Shown here one piece after another: positions 10,103 through 20,332 of a DNA stretch of 64,000 bases; position 1 is the first letter of the stretch, and the number at the start of each line of letters is the position of its first letter. This DNA comes from a virus (Duplodnaviria; Caudoviricetes). A program made the translations under genes and the position numbers. The stretch is taken from positions 64,001 to 128,000 of the IMG/VR virus record IMGVR_UViG_3300037400_005024; one strand, written 5' to 3'. The notes beneath the pieces were generated by a model. That model saw only the letters and a program-made list of their open reading frames with translations, had not been told where the DNA came from and did not search any database.

Positions 10103-11351
10103 AAAGTATTTCCTTAATTCTTTTACTTAATTCAACTGGTAATTCATTTTCAGAGCATTTAAAATTTTGAACAAAATCTAACTCGTTTTTAAATTGAACT
10201 TCACAAATTTCATTTTCTGTTTTAACTAAAATATTTGCAAAATCTTTCTGAATATTTATGTATTTCTTAAAATCTTCATCTCTTTCTTTTATAGATTGTA
10301 TCACTCTTTCAGGTGTTTTATCACGCGACCTAGAATCTCTTAAAACTTTTCTAGAATCAGCATTTTCATTATCTAAGTAAATTTTGATTTTGATGAAATC
10401 ACCGGTAACCTCAGGATATAAAGTGTGCAATCCGTCAATTATCACAAATTCAGAATTTTTAAATTTTTTGGGTTCGTCAAAATAACCAGTATCATGATTA
10501 TAAATAGGAATTAAGACGTCATTTTTCCAAAAGATATCTTGAACATCAAGTCCTAACTGGACAAGGTTATTTGCTTCTGGATTGTAATGAGTTAAACGTT
10601 TCCAAGCATCAGAATATCTGTGATATTTATGATAACCATCTGTTTCAATCTGAGAACCATTAAAAATTTTGCAAAGTTCAGAACTCAGAGTTGATTTTCC
10701 TGCACCAGATTTTCCAGTAATTGAAATAATGTTTCTATCTAAGGAAAATGGATATGAATAAATTTCGAACTCTGAAAAATTGTCATGATTTGAATCACCA
10801 ATCATAATACATTCTTCTGGCTTAGACTTTGTCAATTCAAGTGCTTTATCTATTAAACACTTTGAAGGCTTTTCTGATTCAAATTCTGAACTTGTAACGA
10901 TGAAATCAAATAAATCTGAAATTCCTGAGTTTTCAAGTCTCTTAATTTGTTCTAAAAGATAATAATCTGTAATTGCACAAATCTTTTTATCTTTGAAAAA
11001 TTTTAAAGTTTCGATCATAATTTCAGAAACTCTATCATTTTTAAGCACTTCATCTAAAAAGTAGTTGTACATTTCAGGTAATTCTGTAAAAGAACGACCA
11101 GAATTATCTAAAAGTGTTTTAAAATAAAGTTTTCTATTATGAGAAGAAGACCTCAAATTTCTGCTTTTAACAGAATCTTTTGCTTTATTAAAATCATCAT
11201 ATGAAAAACCAAATCTCTCTAATGTCTTTAATTCTGCAATTGAATTTGTTTTAGAACTATAGAAAATAGTATTATCTAAATCTATTAAAATTGTTTTGAA
11301 AATCTGATTTGATTTTTCAATATTCTGAATTGCTCTTATTAAAAAATTCAT
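10095..11351 (-). CDS. HAD phosphatase fused to a phosphoribulokinase/uridine-kinase domain
   Basis: DLDNT, EKP, MIGDS; then GKSGAGKST, DGYHKY, IDGLH. Confidence 0.85.
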   Translation of the reverse strand: MNFLIRAIQNIEKSNQIFKTILIDLDNTIFYSSKTNSIAELKTLERFGFSYDDFNKAKDSVKSRNLRSSSHNRKLYFKTLLDNSGRSFTELPEMYNYFLDEVLKNDRVSEIMIETLKFFKDKKICAITDYYLLEQIKRLENSGISDLFDFIVTSSEFESEKPSKCLIDKALELTKSKPEECIMIGDSNHDNFSEFEIYSYPFSLDRNIISITGKSGAGKSTLSSELCKIFNGSQIETDGYHKYHRYSDAWKRLTHYNPEANNLVQLGLDVQDIFWKNDVLIPIYNHDTGYFDEPKKFKNSEFVIIDGLHTLYPEVTGDFIKIKIYLDNENADSRKVLRDSRSRDKTPERVIQSIKERDEDFKKYINIQKDFANILVKTENEICEVQFKNELDFVQNFKCSENELPVELSKRIKEILYV

Positions 11352-11990
11352 TTAATCTTCTCTGAAAAACTTTGGTGATTTTGTACAAATTGAAACATCA
11401 AGATCTTTTACAAATCTTTTAAAATCTTTTAAGTCTTTATCAGTATTTAAATCAAAACCAAAAACATCAGGCGCAGTTAGAATAATATCTGGGTCATAAC
11501 CTAATGTGTAACAACAATCTTTTATCATTAGAATATGATTCAAAATTGAACATTTTGAATTACACATTTTAGTATCAATCCAAAACTTTGTTGCTTCTGA
11601 CCTTTTCACTAGTGAAACTGATAGTGGTTCAAAATCTGATACTCTTATTATAAAATGACCTTTGTATCTTTCATCGGTTTTACAGTATTTTAAAATATCT
11701 GGAATTTGAGAATCTAGAAAATAAACATTGTCTCTAAAACCGTTAAAACCATATTTAAATAACTTTTCTTCGATACCTGATTCTTTAGCATTCGCAATAA
11801 TGGTTTTATTTGTACTTAAGACATTTTTAAAAGTATCTAAAACAGGATAACTTGAATAATCATGTGAAACAATGATATTGTTTCCGCGTTCTAAATATCT
11901 AAAATCTATTTCAAAACCATCAAAGTCTTCAAAAGCTGATAAATTAGAATTTTTAAAATCTGAAACTTGAAATCTATGCAAATAAATCAC
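11352..11990 (-). CDS. GDPD/PLC-like phosphodiesterase-fold protein
   Basis: LHR, GFEIDFR, VSHD, NAKE, FLD, RVSDFE, ICT motifs. Confidence 0.65.
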   Translation of the reverse strand: MIYLHRFQVSDFKNSNLSAFEDFDGFEIDFRYLERGNNIIVSHDYSSYPVLDTFKNVLSTNKTIIANAKESGIEEKLFKYGFNGFRDNVYFLDSQIPDILKYCKTDERYKGHFIIRVSDFEPLSVSLVKRSEATKFWIDTKMCNSKCSILNHILMIKDCCYTLGYDPDIILTAPDVFGFDLNTDKDLKDFKRFVKDLDVSICTKSPKFFRED

Positions 11991-12061
11991 TTTAGTCTCC
12001 TTTTTATATTATTTTAAAACTATTTATGCAAAATACACTCATAGCCCTATAATTTTTAAAA

Positions 12062-13648
12062 TTAAATTTTTAAAACTGACTCTTTAACGCTGTATCCTTC
12101 AGGATAATATGATGTTTTCAATCTATGCTGATATTGTTTATAAAAAGTACCTGAGTATTTTCTAGTGCCTAGATTATCAACTAAATCAAATACAGTAAAT
12201 TTTGATTTTGAATCATGTTTTCTGATTCCTCTACCAATTGACTGTGTTACTGTTGTGTATGCTTTCAATGGACTTGCAAAAATCATATTATGCAAATTCT
12301 TAATGTTGACACCTGTACTTAAGATGGAATAGTTGGAAACTAAAATTGCTCCTGAATCATTTTCAAGAATCAATCTTGTCTTTTCTCTAACTTTTGCGTC
12401 ATCTTCGCCGTTTATAAAGTAAACATGATAATTTTTCTGAAAATCAAATGAGTACTTTCCAGTGATATCTTTATTTTCTACATTTACATCTGGAAAGAGT
12501 TTTTTCATTATTTCTAAGTATAAATCTTTACCATGCTGAGTATGAGAAAACAAAATCAAAGAATTTTCATTTTTCTTCATTAAAGAGACACCTAAGTTAC
12601 AGATGAAATCATTTCTTGACTCATTCTCTTTGATGAATTTCAATTGCTCTAACCATGTACGGCACTCTCTAACCTCTGTTTTGAATTCTGGCGAATAATC
12701 TATAATAATTGATTTAATTGTGATAGGAGTGCCTAAACCACGTTCTATAAGCTCACGAGAACTAATGTATTTTGTGCTTTCACCAAAAAGTCCAATTAGT
12801 CTATATAACAAAATAGGATCTTCTGGTAAAGTTCCTGTAAATCCAAATCTGTATTTAGTATCTAATAGTGATGTTGCAATTTCTGATGAAACTTCACCAG
12901 CGTTTTTGTGCACCTCATCATTGATGATGACATCGTATTTAATACTTTTATTAAGTTCATCTTTATACTGAATCATAGATTGCCAAGTTGAAATTAAAAC
13001 ACTTGATTTGAAATCTGTTTTATTTCCTGCACCTAAGATATCAGTATTTTCAGATAATTCTTTAAGATTATATGAGTCAATATCAGCTTTAAATTGAGTC
13101 AATAAGTTAATATTTGGAACTAGTAATAAAACTCTTTTTCCGTGAACTCTGAAAAAGTCTGCTAATAAAGCGATGACTGCCGATTTGCCACTGCCTGTAC
13201 ATAGAAGATTGATATGTTTTACATTAAGAATTGATTCAATAAAACATTTTAACTGATAATCATACGGTTTAAATGGCAATTTATCTAAGTTATTTTTAAG
13301 ATAATCTTTAATTTCTTCTATAGAAAAATCAGTTTTTAAATCTTCTCGTTGTCCTATAAGTTTTAAATGACCATTGTATACAATTAAAGAATCATTTACG
13401 TGTTTTGTAAAATAAACAAATGGTGATTTAAAACCTCTTTGAACTAAAGGATTGAAATAAGCACCTGGCTCTTCAACTTTTAATCTGTCGGCAATTTTAT
13501 GAAGGTCATTTTCAGGTCCTGTGATTTTTGAAAAGGACTCATTTAATTTCTGGACTTGAATCATTTTTCCTACTTTAGTTAAAAATGCCGTTATTATGTG
13601 ATAACGGCAAAGTAATTGAGTAATTAAAAGGAATTCAAAGGAATTCAA
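12062..13648 (-). CDS. uvsW: UvsW-like SF2 DNA helicase (real start probably MIQVQK near 13564)
   Basis: PYDYQ, TGSGKS, DEVH, GFTGT, QSIGRGIR, DLVD. Confidence 0.9.
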   Translation of the reverse strand: MNSFEFLLITQLLCRYHIITAFLTKVGKMIQVQKLNESFSKITGPENDLHKIADRLKVEEPGAYFNPLVQRGFKSPFVYFTKHVNDSLIVYNGHLKLIGQREDLKTDFSIEEIKDYLKNNLDKLPFKPYDYQLKCFIESILNVKHINLLCTGSGKSAVIALLADFFRVHGKRVLLLVPNINLLTQFKADIDSYNLKELSENTDILGAGNKTDFKSSVLISTWQSMIQYKDELNKSIKYDVIINDEVHKNAGEVSSEIATSLLDTKYRFGFTGTLPEDPILLYRLIGLFGESTKYISSRELIERGLGTPITIKSIIIDYSPEFKTEVRECRTWLEQLKFIKENESRNDFICNLGVSLMKKNENSLILFSHTQHGKDLYLEIMKKLFPDVNVENKDITGKYSFDFQKNYHVYFINGEDDAKVREKTRLILENDSGAILVSNYSILSTGVNIKNLHNMIFASPLKAYTTVTQSIGRGIRKHDSKSKFTVFDLVDNLGTRKYSGTFYKQYQHRLKTSYYPEGYSVKESVLKI

Positions 13649-13653
13649 CTTAA

Positions 13654-14142
13654 CTACTGAATGTCTAACTTAATTTCTTTTTCTTGATTTACATAAGTGC
13701 ATTCAATCTTTAAAACACCATTATCCATACTAATCTCTGGAATTGAAGTGTCATTTGGAAGATCGATTTTCCAAACTTTATCAATGTTCTTTAAAAAACT
13801 GAAATACTTTGAATATTCATAATTTACATTTTCGTCTAAAACAATTTTTAGATGTTTACAACCATTTTCAACATATGTGATTGAAATATCATCCCTTGAA
13901 ACGCCTGGCATTAAAACGAAAACTTTATAACTGTCTTTATCACGATTTGTATAAACTAAACCACTTGATTTATAATTCATAGGATCCTCTAATTCGCCTG
14001 AATTTGTCTTGTCTAAGTACTCGTCTGTTAAATTTCTTGAATCTAAGTCTTCAAAACGTTCAAATGCATCTTTTGCAATTTTATTCTTGAAAACATCATC
14101 TAATAACTTTGCAAGTTCTTTATCTTTAATAAATGAAAACAT
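13654..14142 (-). CDS. Small heat-shock protein (Hsp20 family)
   Basis: MPGVSRDDISI and MDNGVLKI alpha-crystallin motifs. Confidence 0.75.
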   Translation of the reverse strand: MFSFIKDKELAKLLDDVFKNKIAKDAFERFEDLDSRNLTDEYLDKTNSGELEDPMNYKSSGLVYTNRDKDSYKVFVLMPGVSRDDISITYVENGCKHLKIVLDENVNYEYSKYFSFLKNIDKVWKIDLPNDTSIPEISMDNGVLKIECTYVNQEKEIKLDIQ

Positions 14143-14143
14143 G

Positions 14144-14497
14144 TTAATCTCCTATTTTAAGTTTTGTTTCCTTTGAAACTTTCTTGAAAACAATCTGTAA
14201 AACACCATTGACGTATCTTACTTCAGATTCTTCTGAATCAGTTACGTCTAAAGGAATATCGTAAATTTTTTCAAAATCATCAAAACATTTAAACTGATTA
14301 TCCTTAGCTCGAACGATCAACTTATTTCCAGACATTGAAACAGAAACATTTTTCTTCTCAAAACCTGGAAGTGCTAAAATAATTTCATACTTTTCTGGTA
14401 AATCGTTAATGTACTCTGTATTTGCATAATAATCTGTCTTGTAAGTGAATAAACTAGGAAATCTTGAATTTATTGTAAAATCATCAAATATAGACAT
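14144..14497 (-). CDS. Small heat-shock protein (Hsp20 family)
   Basis: LPGFEKKNVSV and YVNGVLQI motifs. Confidence 0.85.
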   Translation of the reverse strand: MSIFDDFTINSRFPSLFTYKTDYYANTEYINDLPEKYEIILALPGFEKKNVSVSMSGNKLIVRAKDNQFKCFDDFEKIYDIPLDVTDSEESEVRYVNGVLQIVFKKVSKETKLKIGD

Positions 14498-14576
14498 TTT
14501 TAATAAACCTCTTTTATTATTAAATAATATAATATCTTTCCTTGACTTTTTAAATACAATCCAAAAAATTTAATTT

Positions 14577-17198
14577 TTAATCAAAGTTTAAAATTACATC
14601 ATCTGAAAATTCAACTATTTTTGGATCAACCGAATATTTTCTAGTTCCATCACCGTTTGAAAAATATTTAAAACCAATCTTTTTACAGAGATATCTGATA
14701 TTTTTGTCTTTAATTTCAGAATTCTTGTATTCAAAGCTAAAATCTTTAACGTTCTTAATTCTTGAAATAAAATCAATAATCTCTGTTTTATTTTTAAGAA
14801 TAGCACTTGAAACAATTATCTGAAGTTTCGAATCATCAATTTCTTTGTTTAAATAAGATTTTAATAAAGAATAATATTTACATTTTAAAATAAATGAACT
14901 ATCTTTTATAGCGATACTAAAAATTTCCTTTTTTCGTTCATTTGAAATCAATTTAAGATTTGAGTCAATTTCATAAATTTTTTCTGAACTTGAATTTTTA
15001 GGTAATTCATTTTTATCAATGTCATTTAATAACAAATACTGATTAAATGTTTCTTCTAAAAGTTTATCTTTATTTTCTTTGTTTTCTTTTTGATACTTGA
15101 GTAAAACATTACTTTCAAATGAATTTTCAATAACAGATGGACTATTTTTAAAGTGCATTTTCAAAAGGTATAAAAACGCGTTTTTATGATTAAATTCAAG
15201 AATGTTTTTAAAGCAATCAATTATCAGAGCTGACTTTCCTAGTTTTGAAAGTTTTGCTTCACCATAATCATTTAACTCGAATAAAAAGTTATGTTCTGCG
15301 TACTTTCCAATTTCTGAAATGTATTCATCTCTAATTTCGTTAAAAGATGTTTTAAGAAAATTTATCCTATTTTTAACATAGAAATGTATTTCTTTTGTTT
15401 TTCTTGTTCTTTTAATCATTTGCAAAGAAGAAATAACATCAGTTGTCATACTTGAATCGTAATGAAAATGAGTATCAATTTTATTCAAGTTCGAAACACC
15501 GACAGTTAGCGTTGGACTGTATAGTAAAACATCGTACTCATCTGAATTTTCATCACTAAAAATCTGATAAATTCTTTCTTTAACTGAAGGCGGAGTTTCC
15601 GCAGTTAAAACTAAAACTCTGTAATTTAACTTTCTTAGTAATAAAAATAAAGCATTTATAAAACTTAGTGAAGTACTCGAAATTGTTACTCTTCCTTCTT
15701 GAACTTTTCTAAGAATTTTTTGAATAAAATAATTAAAATTATTGTACTCATAAAGTTTAGTCTCATCTCTGTAAACGTTATTCAAGAAAAACATATTATT
15801 ATTTTTATTAAATAACTTATTTTCATATCCAGTTAAAAACGCATCTGCAATTACAACTTTCAAGTTAAATGAGGCAAAGAACTTTGCAAGATTTATCTGA
15901 GAATTATTCATTGTGTTTCTAGCATGGAATAGAAGTGAGATAAATTCATCCAGAATGACAAGATCAAAATTTTTGATATTGTATTTCCAAAGAGAATCAA
16001 ACTGACAGATTAAAGAATCTCCAATGGAATATTCATCTTTATTGTAGATCTTAATACCATATTTCTGTTTAAAATCTTCTGCAACTGAAATTCTGTTTGT
16101 AATAATCAGAATTCGCATATCGTTATTCAAGCCCTCTTGAATAATTCTTTTAATAATTGTAGACTTTCCGGTTCCCATTGGACTTTTTATAGTAAATAGA
16201 CCACCCTTGCCTTCAACAAATTCAGCAATACTCTGTTCAATTTCTGGAGTTACACTTAGAAATTTTGAGTCAACTGTTAAGACCTTATTTTTAAGATTAA
16301 ATTCTTTTAATTCTTTATCATAATTTATAGAATTAGACGCTAATTCTTTAAATTTGTTTGAGTTTTTAATAAGTTTAAAGATATTGAATGACTTAGACTT
16401 ATTAAAATGATGCATTGTATAAGGTGAATTTCTAAACCAGAAATAACCGCCTGGTGTTTTCAATTCTGACGGATGTGAAAATGAAATACTGTTATCAGAA
16501 TTTGTTGAAATTGCTTTAAACCCTAAAATATTAAAAACTTTAAGACAAAGATCGTCAACTCTAGTAACATCAGATGTATCTAGATTATCAAGATTTATTT
16601 CGTCAAATGAAAACTTGTCAGTTATAGTACCAACTTTCTTTGGTAATACAGAAATGTCAGAAAATCTAATAATGTTATTACATTCTGAATTATCAAGTAA
16701 AACATTGAATTTTCCGATAGGCGCGTTCAGTGTTCCGATTCTTGAAACTGATTGATCAAAATCTGCTAAATCAATTAAATCATAATGAATTTTCTGAATT
16801 GCATATTTTAGATGTTTTAATTCTAAATTACACCCCAGAACACCTTTAATTGAAAAATAATCAACACCGTTATACGATCTTGATTCTAAAAGTAAACATT
16901 TGTAATTTTTAAAATAATTTAAAACTTTATTCAATGTTTCTTTAGTATAGATTTTGTCAACATCAACAATAAAATAATTTATAGTATTATCAATGAATTC
17001 AACTAAATTTTCTTTTCTTCTGAATGTTCTTACAGATTTATTTAACGGAATGTTTAAAATAAAATTTTGAGATGCTTCTCTCAAAATTCCTTCTAATGTT
17101 TCAACCTGAAAAGTTTTAAAATAAAAGGTGTTATCATTATACGGTGAAAATGCTCTTTTTCCAGCAGAATTTGCCTTAAAAGATGTTACATTATACAT
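14577..17198 (-). CDS. UL9/origin-binding-protein-like SF2 helicase with a possible N-terminal primase-like domain
   Basis: KSPMGTGKST, ITNRIS, CQFDSL, ILDEF, IADA, YSPTLTVGVS, QMIKRTR; N-terminal IVDVD. Confidence 0.7.
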   Translation of the reverse strand: MYNVTSFKANSAGKRAFSPYNDNTFYFKTFQVETLEGILREASQNFILNIPLNKSVRTFRRKENLVEFIDNTINYFIVDVDKIYTKETLNKVLNYFKNYKCLLLESRSYNGVDYFSIKGVLGCNLELKHLKYAIQKIHYDLIDLADFDQSVSRIGTLNAPIGKFNVLLDNSECNNIIRFSDISVLPKKVGTITDKFSFDEINLDNLDTSDVTRVDDLCLKVFNILGFKAISTNSDNSISFSHPSELKTPGGYFWFRNSPYTMHHFNKSKSFNIFKLIKNSNKFKELASNSINYDKELKEFNLKNKVLTVDSKFLSVTPEIEQSIAEFVEGKGGLFTIKSPMGTGKSTIIKRIIQEGLNNDMRILIITNRISVAEDFKQKYGIKIYNKDEYSIGDSLICQFDSLWKYNIKNFDLVILDEFISLLFHARNTMNNSQINLAKFFASFNLKVVIADAFLTGYENKLFNKNNNMFFLNNVYRDETKLYEYNNFNYFIQKILRKVQEGRVTISSTSLSFINALFLLLRKLNYRVLVLTAETPPSVKERIYQIFSDENSDEYDVLLYSPTLTVGVSNLNKIDTHFHYDSSMTTDVISSLQMIKRTRKTKEIHFYVKNRINFLKTSFNEIRDEYISEIGKYAEHNFLFELNDYGEAKLSKLGKSALIIDCFKNILEFNHKNAFLYLLKMHFKNSPSVIENSFESNVLLKYQKENKENKDKLLEETFNQYLLLNDIDKNELPKNSSSEKIYEIDSNLKLISNERKKEIFSIAIKDSSFILKCKYYSLLKSYLNKEIDDSKLQIIVSSAILKNKTEIIDFISRIKNVKDFSFEYKNSEIKDKNIRYLCKKIGFKYFSNGDGTRKYSVDPKIVEFSDDVILNFD

Positions 17199-17209
17199 TT
17201 AAAATTCCT

Positions 17210-17905
17210 TTAGAGATCTAATTTATAATCTTTGAAATACCCTTGTACTCGTGAAACGTAATTTTCTGAAGTTCCTTTGCCTTTATAAGTATTGTAATGA
17301 GTTTTCCAAAGTTTAGCACGATGTTCCAAATAGTATGCCTTTTCTGCAATGTTTTTATCTCTTTGAAAATAATAAATCAGACAAAGTGCAATGGAATATT
17401 TTACGTTGTACATCAAGTTCCACTTTTCTGATTTATCTTTTACTCTTAAAGATAATAATAAATTATAATCATGTTCTGAAATACGTTTTATAAAAGCCTT
17501 TAAAAAATACGCAGTTTGAAGTCTAAATTGAGCGATTCCATAATTTTTGTAATTATCACGTGCATGATTATAAGGATATTGACCACCCAATGTTTCAGTG
17601 ATAAGTGTTTCATAGATCAAAACTGTATTGTTTTCATGATTTAGATTTATGTCAAAATCTTTAATAGTACTTTTAACTAATTCTAACAACAATTTTGGAT
17701 CTAGAAATTCTCCACCTTTATGTAAAAAATATCGTTTATTTTGAGAACGATCACACTGATCAGACTTTTCAGAGTCAATCATTGTGATGACAAAAACACC
17801 GTCATCTGGGTTTGAACTCTCGGAGTTTTTTGAAAGATAACACAACGATAGTATAATCAAGATTAAAATCAAAATAAATAACAAACATCTTTTACGGAAG
17901 CCCAT
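17210..17905 (-). CDS. Membrane-anchored lysozyme-fold/transglycosylase-like protein
   Basis: N-terminal TM helix; ETLGG, YGIAQF, WKTHYNT..GKG motifs. Confidence 0.5.
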   Translation of the reverse strand: MGFRKRCLLFILILILIILSLCYLSKNSESSNPDDGVFVITMIDSEKSDQCDRSQNKRYFLHKGGEFLDPKLLLELVKSTIKDFDINLNHENNTVLIYETLITETLGGQYPYNHARDNYKNYGIAQFRLQTAYFLKAFIKRISEHDYNLLLSLRVKDKSEKWNLMYNVKYSIALCLIYYFQRDKNIAEKAYYLEHRAKLWKTHYNTYKGKGTSENYVSRVQGYFKDYKLDL

Positions 17906-17949
17906 TTAGTCAATATCCCTCATAATTCAAAACACTTTAGAAGGTAGTT

Positions 17950-18255
17950 CTACCACGCATAACTTACATCTGTGTTTTTTAATGTACTGAAAAGATCTTT
18001 GTAATTTTTTCTAAGTTCATTAATCTTTTTAGAAAACTTCTGTAATTCTTTATCAGTAATATAATTTTTATTTTTCAAAGATCTTGTATTCAATTCAGCA
18101 CAGGTTAAACACGCTGAAATAAAGAACATTGTTTTATCGATTGAATAATCTGAGTCAGAAGTTTTAATCTCTAGAAGAGTCTCAATGTCTTCAAGTTTTT
18201 CAATTTCTTTAAGAGCATCTTTGGCCTTTTCAAATTTTTTTGCAATGTCTGTCAT
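17950..18255 (-). CDS. Hypothetical protein
   Basis: ORF with AGGAG RBS. Confidence 0.7.
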   Translation of the reverse strand: MTDIAKKFEKAKDALKEIEKLEDIETLLEIKTSDSDYSIDKTMFFISACLTCAELNTRSLKNKNYITDKELQKFSKKINELRKNYKDLFSTLKNTDVSYAW

Positions 18256-18266
18256 AAAAATCTCCT

Positions 18267-18659
18267 TTATGTTAAAGTTTTACGCAATTCTAAAATCTTT
18301 AAGTACGCTTCTTCGATATTCTTTGAACTTTTAACTTGTTCAAGAATTCCATCAATAAGTTCAGTTGGCTTCACATAATATTTTACAACAATCTTAAAAT
18401 CTTCATCTAAAATCGAGTTTTGTTTAAAAATTATCTCATTTATAACTGGTGAATCACCATAAACAATTTCAACTGGCGGATTTTCAAAAACCTCGTACTT
18501 TTCGCTAGTATCAATTGCATCAATGTCATAGTCAGTCAAGTCTTTAACAATAAAGAACTGACCATCTCTCTTATAAAATTCAATATCAGAAAATCGTTTG
18601 ATTAAAAACTGCTGAATTTCAGAGTGTTGTTTTTCATTGATTATTCCTACACTTTTCAT
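18267..18659 (-). CDS. Hypothetical protein
   Basis: ORF downstream of the middle-type motif at 18704-18745. Confidence 0.7.
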   Translation of the reverse strand: MKSVGIINEKQHSEIQQFLIKRFSDIEFYKRDGQFFIVKDLTDYDIDAIDTSEKYEVFENPPVEIVYGDSPVINEIIFKQNSILDEDFKIVVKYYVKPTELIDGILEQVKSSKNIEEAYLKILELRKTLT

Positions 18660-18923
18660 CTATGTATCTCTCTGCGTAATTGTAAAATATTTCTTTCAAT
18701 TATATTATAACACAAATTTTAAGAAAGTGTTATGAGATCCAAAAAATTTTTAAATGTTGTGATTAAGGTTACATTTTAAATGTAAATTTAATTGAGAAAT
18801 ATATAAAACTATGCAAAAAGTTTCAAAAAATTTACATATATTTCTAAAAAAAATGTTAAATAAATCAAATACTTAAGTAAAATTGATAACATGCAAATTA
18901 GTATACTTTTGTCAAATTCAGTA

Positions 18924-18931
18924 TATAAATA
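18924..18931 (+). promoter_or_regulatory. Late promoter TATAAATA
   Basis: Exact match upstream of 18953. Confidence 0.75.
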
Positions 18932-18952
18932 GCTTAAAGCATTTTTAAAACG

Positions 18953-19291
18953 ATGGACAACCTTTTTAGTTTTTTGTCAGATCTTATAAAGTCTGGTTCT
19001 GTTTCAGAATTTCAGACTATTTTTGTTGTGTTCATTGTTTTATTCATTTTTAGAAAAAATATTTTAAAACAAGTTTTCGATTCAGACCAGAATCAAGAAC
19101 CTAAAAAATCAGATGATACACAAAATCAAATTTTAGAAAAACTAGACAATATTCAAGAAAAAATAGAAAATATAAAAGAGCAATTAGTTTCAGACGATGC
19201 TAGAATAAATCGACTTGAAAACTCATTAAACAATATTACACTTCAGATTAAATCTGAATTACTTGATTTTAAAAAGGACTTTATAAAATGA
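18953..19291 (+). CDS. Late membrane protein, TM plus coiled coil (holin-like?)
   Basis: One TM helix, then coiled coil; late promoter. Confidence 0.45.
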   Translation: MDNLFSFLSDLIKSGSVSEFQTIFVVFIVLFIFRKNILKQVFDSDQNQEPKKSDDTQNQILEKLDNIQEKIENIKEQLVSDDARINRLENSLNNITLQIKSELLDFKKDFIK

Positions 19292-20115
19292 ACTTCTTGT
19301 ATTTTTTAACAGAATCACCAGCTGAGGTTAAAAAACTCAAAGCTGATGCGAATTCTGTAAACTCAGATAAATCTCAGAAAGAGATTTACAATGAACTTAT
19401 TTCAATGTTAACAGGTAAATCTTATTCTGATTCTGTTGAATTCATTGATGAAATTGTCAAAGATGATAAACTAAAATTCATTCTTTCTTTAGGATTTGGT
19501 GGTAAATTTTCAAATACTAAATTAAAGCTTGAAAAGAAAAACATTTCTGTAAAACGTTTAATTCCTTTACAGAATGAAATTGGTTTTGAAGAAACTTTAA
19601 AATTCATTAAAGAAGGTAAGAATGTCGAAAAGTGTTATGAAGATCCGGTGATGATTAAACACCCTATTGTTACATTCCAGGGCAATTTCATTGTAGATGG
19701 TCATCATAGATGGTCTGAAATTTATGTTACAAACAGAGAAGCATTTGTAGAATGTGTCAACATCGATGGCAATCTATCACCAATTGAAATTCTTAAAGCT
19801 GTTCAAGCAACTATAGGTTCTAACACAGGTGATTTAAAACTTAAATCAACTAAAGGTGAAAATCTTTTAAAATCATCTGAAAAGAAAATTAGAGATTATT
19901 TGTCTGATATTTCAGAGTCAGCTAAAGAGAAAATTTCAAAATATGCTAATATTAAAGAAAATGAAGTAATTGATTTTTTAGTTAAAAATGTAACTGCTTT
20001 GAAAGCAAACAATTCACCAATTTTAAATGCGCCTTCTCGAGGTGAAATGCCTCAAACTTCAAAAGATCCTGATTTGTTTTCAGATTTAAAGAAAGGTACA
20101 ACTAAAGTTGCTTAA
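19288..20115 (+). CDS. ParB/Srx-domain protein, possible internal head protein
   Basis: LIPLQNEI and IVDGHHRW motifs; N-terminal MNFLYFLTE. Confidence 0.7.
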   Translation: MNFLYFLTESPAEVKKLKADANSVNSDKSQKEIYNELISMLTGKSYSDSVEFIDEIVKDDKLKFILSLGFGGKFSNTKLKLEKKNISVKRLIPLQNEIGFEETLKFIKEGKNVEKCYEDPVMIKHPIVTFQGNFIVDGHHRWSEIYVTNREAFVECVNIDGNLSPIEILKAVQATIGSNTGDLKLKSTKGENLLKSSEKKIRDYLSDISESAKEKISKYANIKENEVIDFLVKNVTALKANNSPILNAPSRGEMPQTSKDPDLFSDLKKGTTKVA

Positions 20116-20147
20116 AAAAAAGGACAGTTTTCAGAACTGTCCTTTAA
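20116..20147. terminator. Intrinsic terminator between convergent genes
   Basis: AAAGGACAGTT-ttcag-AACTGTCCTTT hairpin with an A-run on the left. Confidence 0.7.
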
Positions 20148-20171
20148 AGTGTATTCTGATTTAACTCCATT

Positions 20172-20270
20172 TTAAAAGAACTGAATTAGCAAAATCGCAG
20201 CATATGTAGATACTGCAACAAAAACAACTGCAAAAGAAATTGCCATCAACTCATCTAAATGTTTTTTCAT
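20172..20270 (-). CDS. 32-aa single-TM peptide (not in ORF track)
   Basis: AGGA RBS; MKKHLDELMAISFAVVFVAVSTYAAILLIQFF*. Confidence 0.5.
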   Translation of the reverse strand: MKKHLDELMAISFAVVFVAVSTYAAILLIQFF

Positions 20271-20332
20271 TTTAAATCCTTTTAAATGTGTTCAAATGTT
20301 CTCAAATGTTCTCAACTATTGGTAATTTCATA

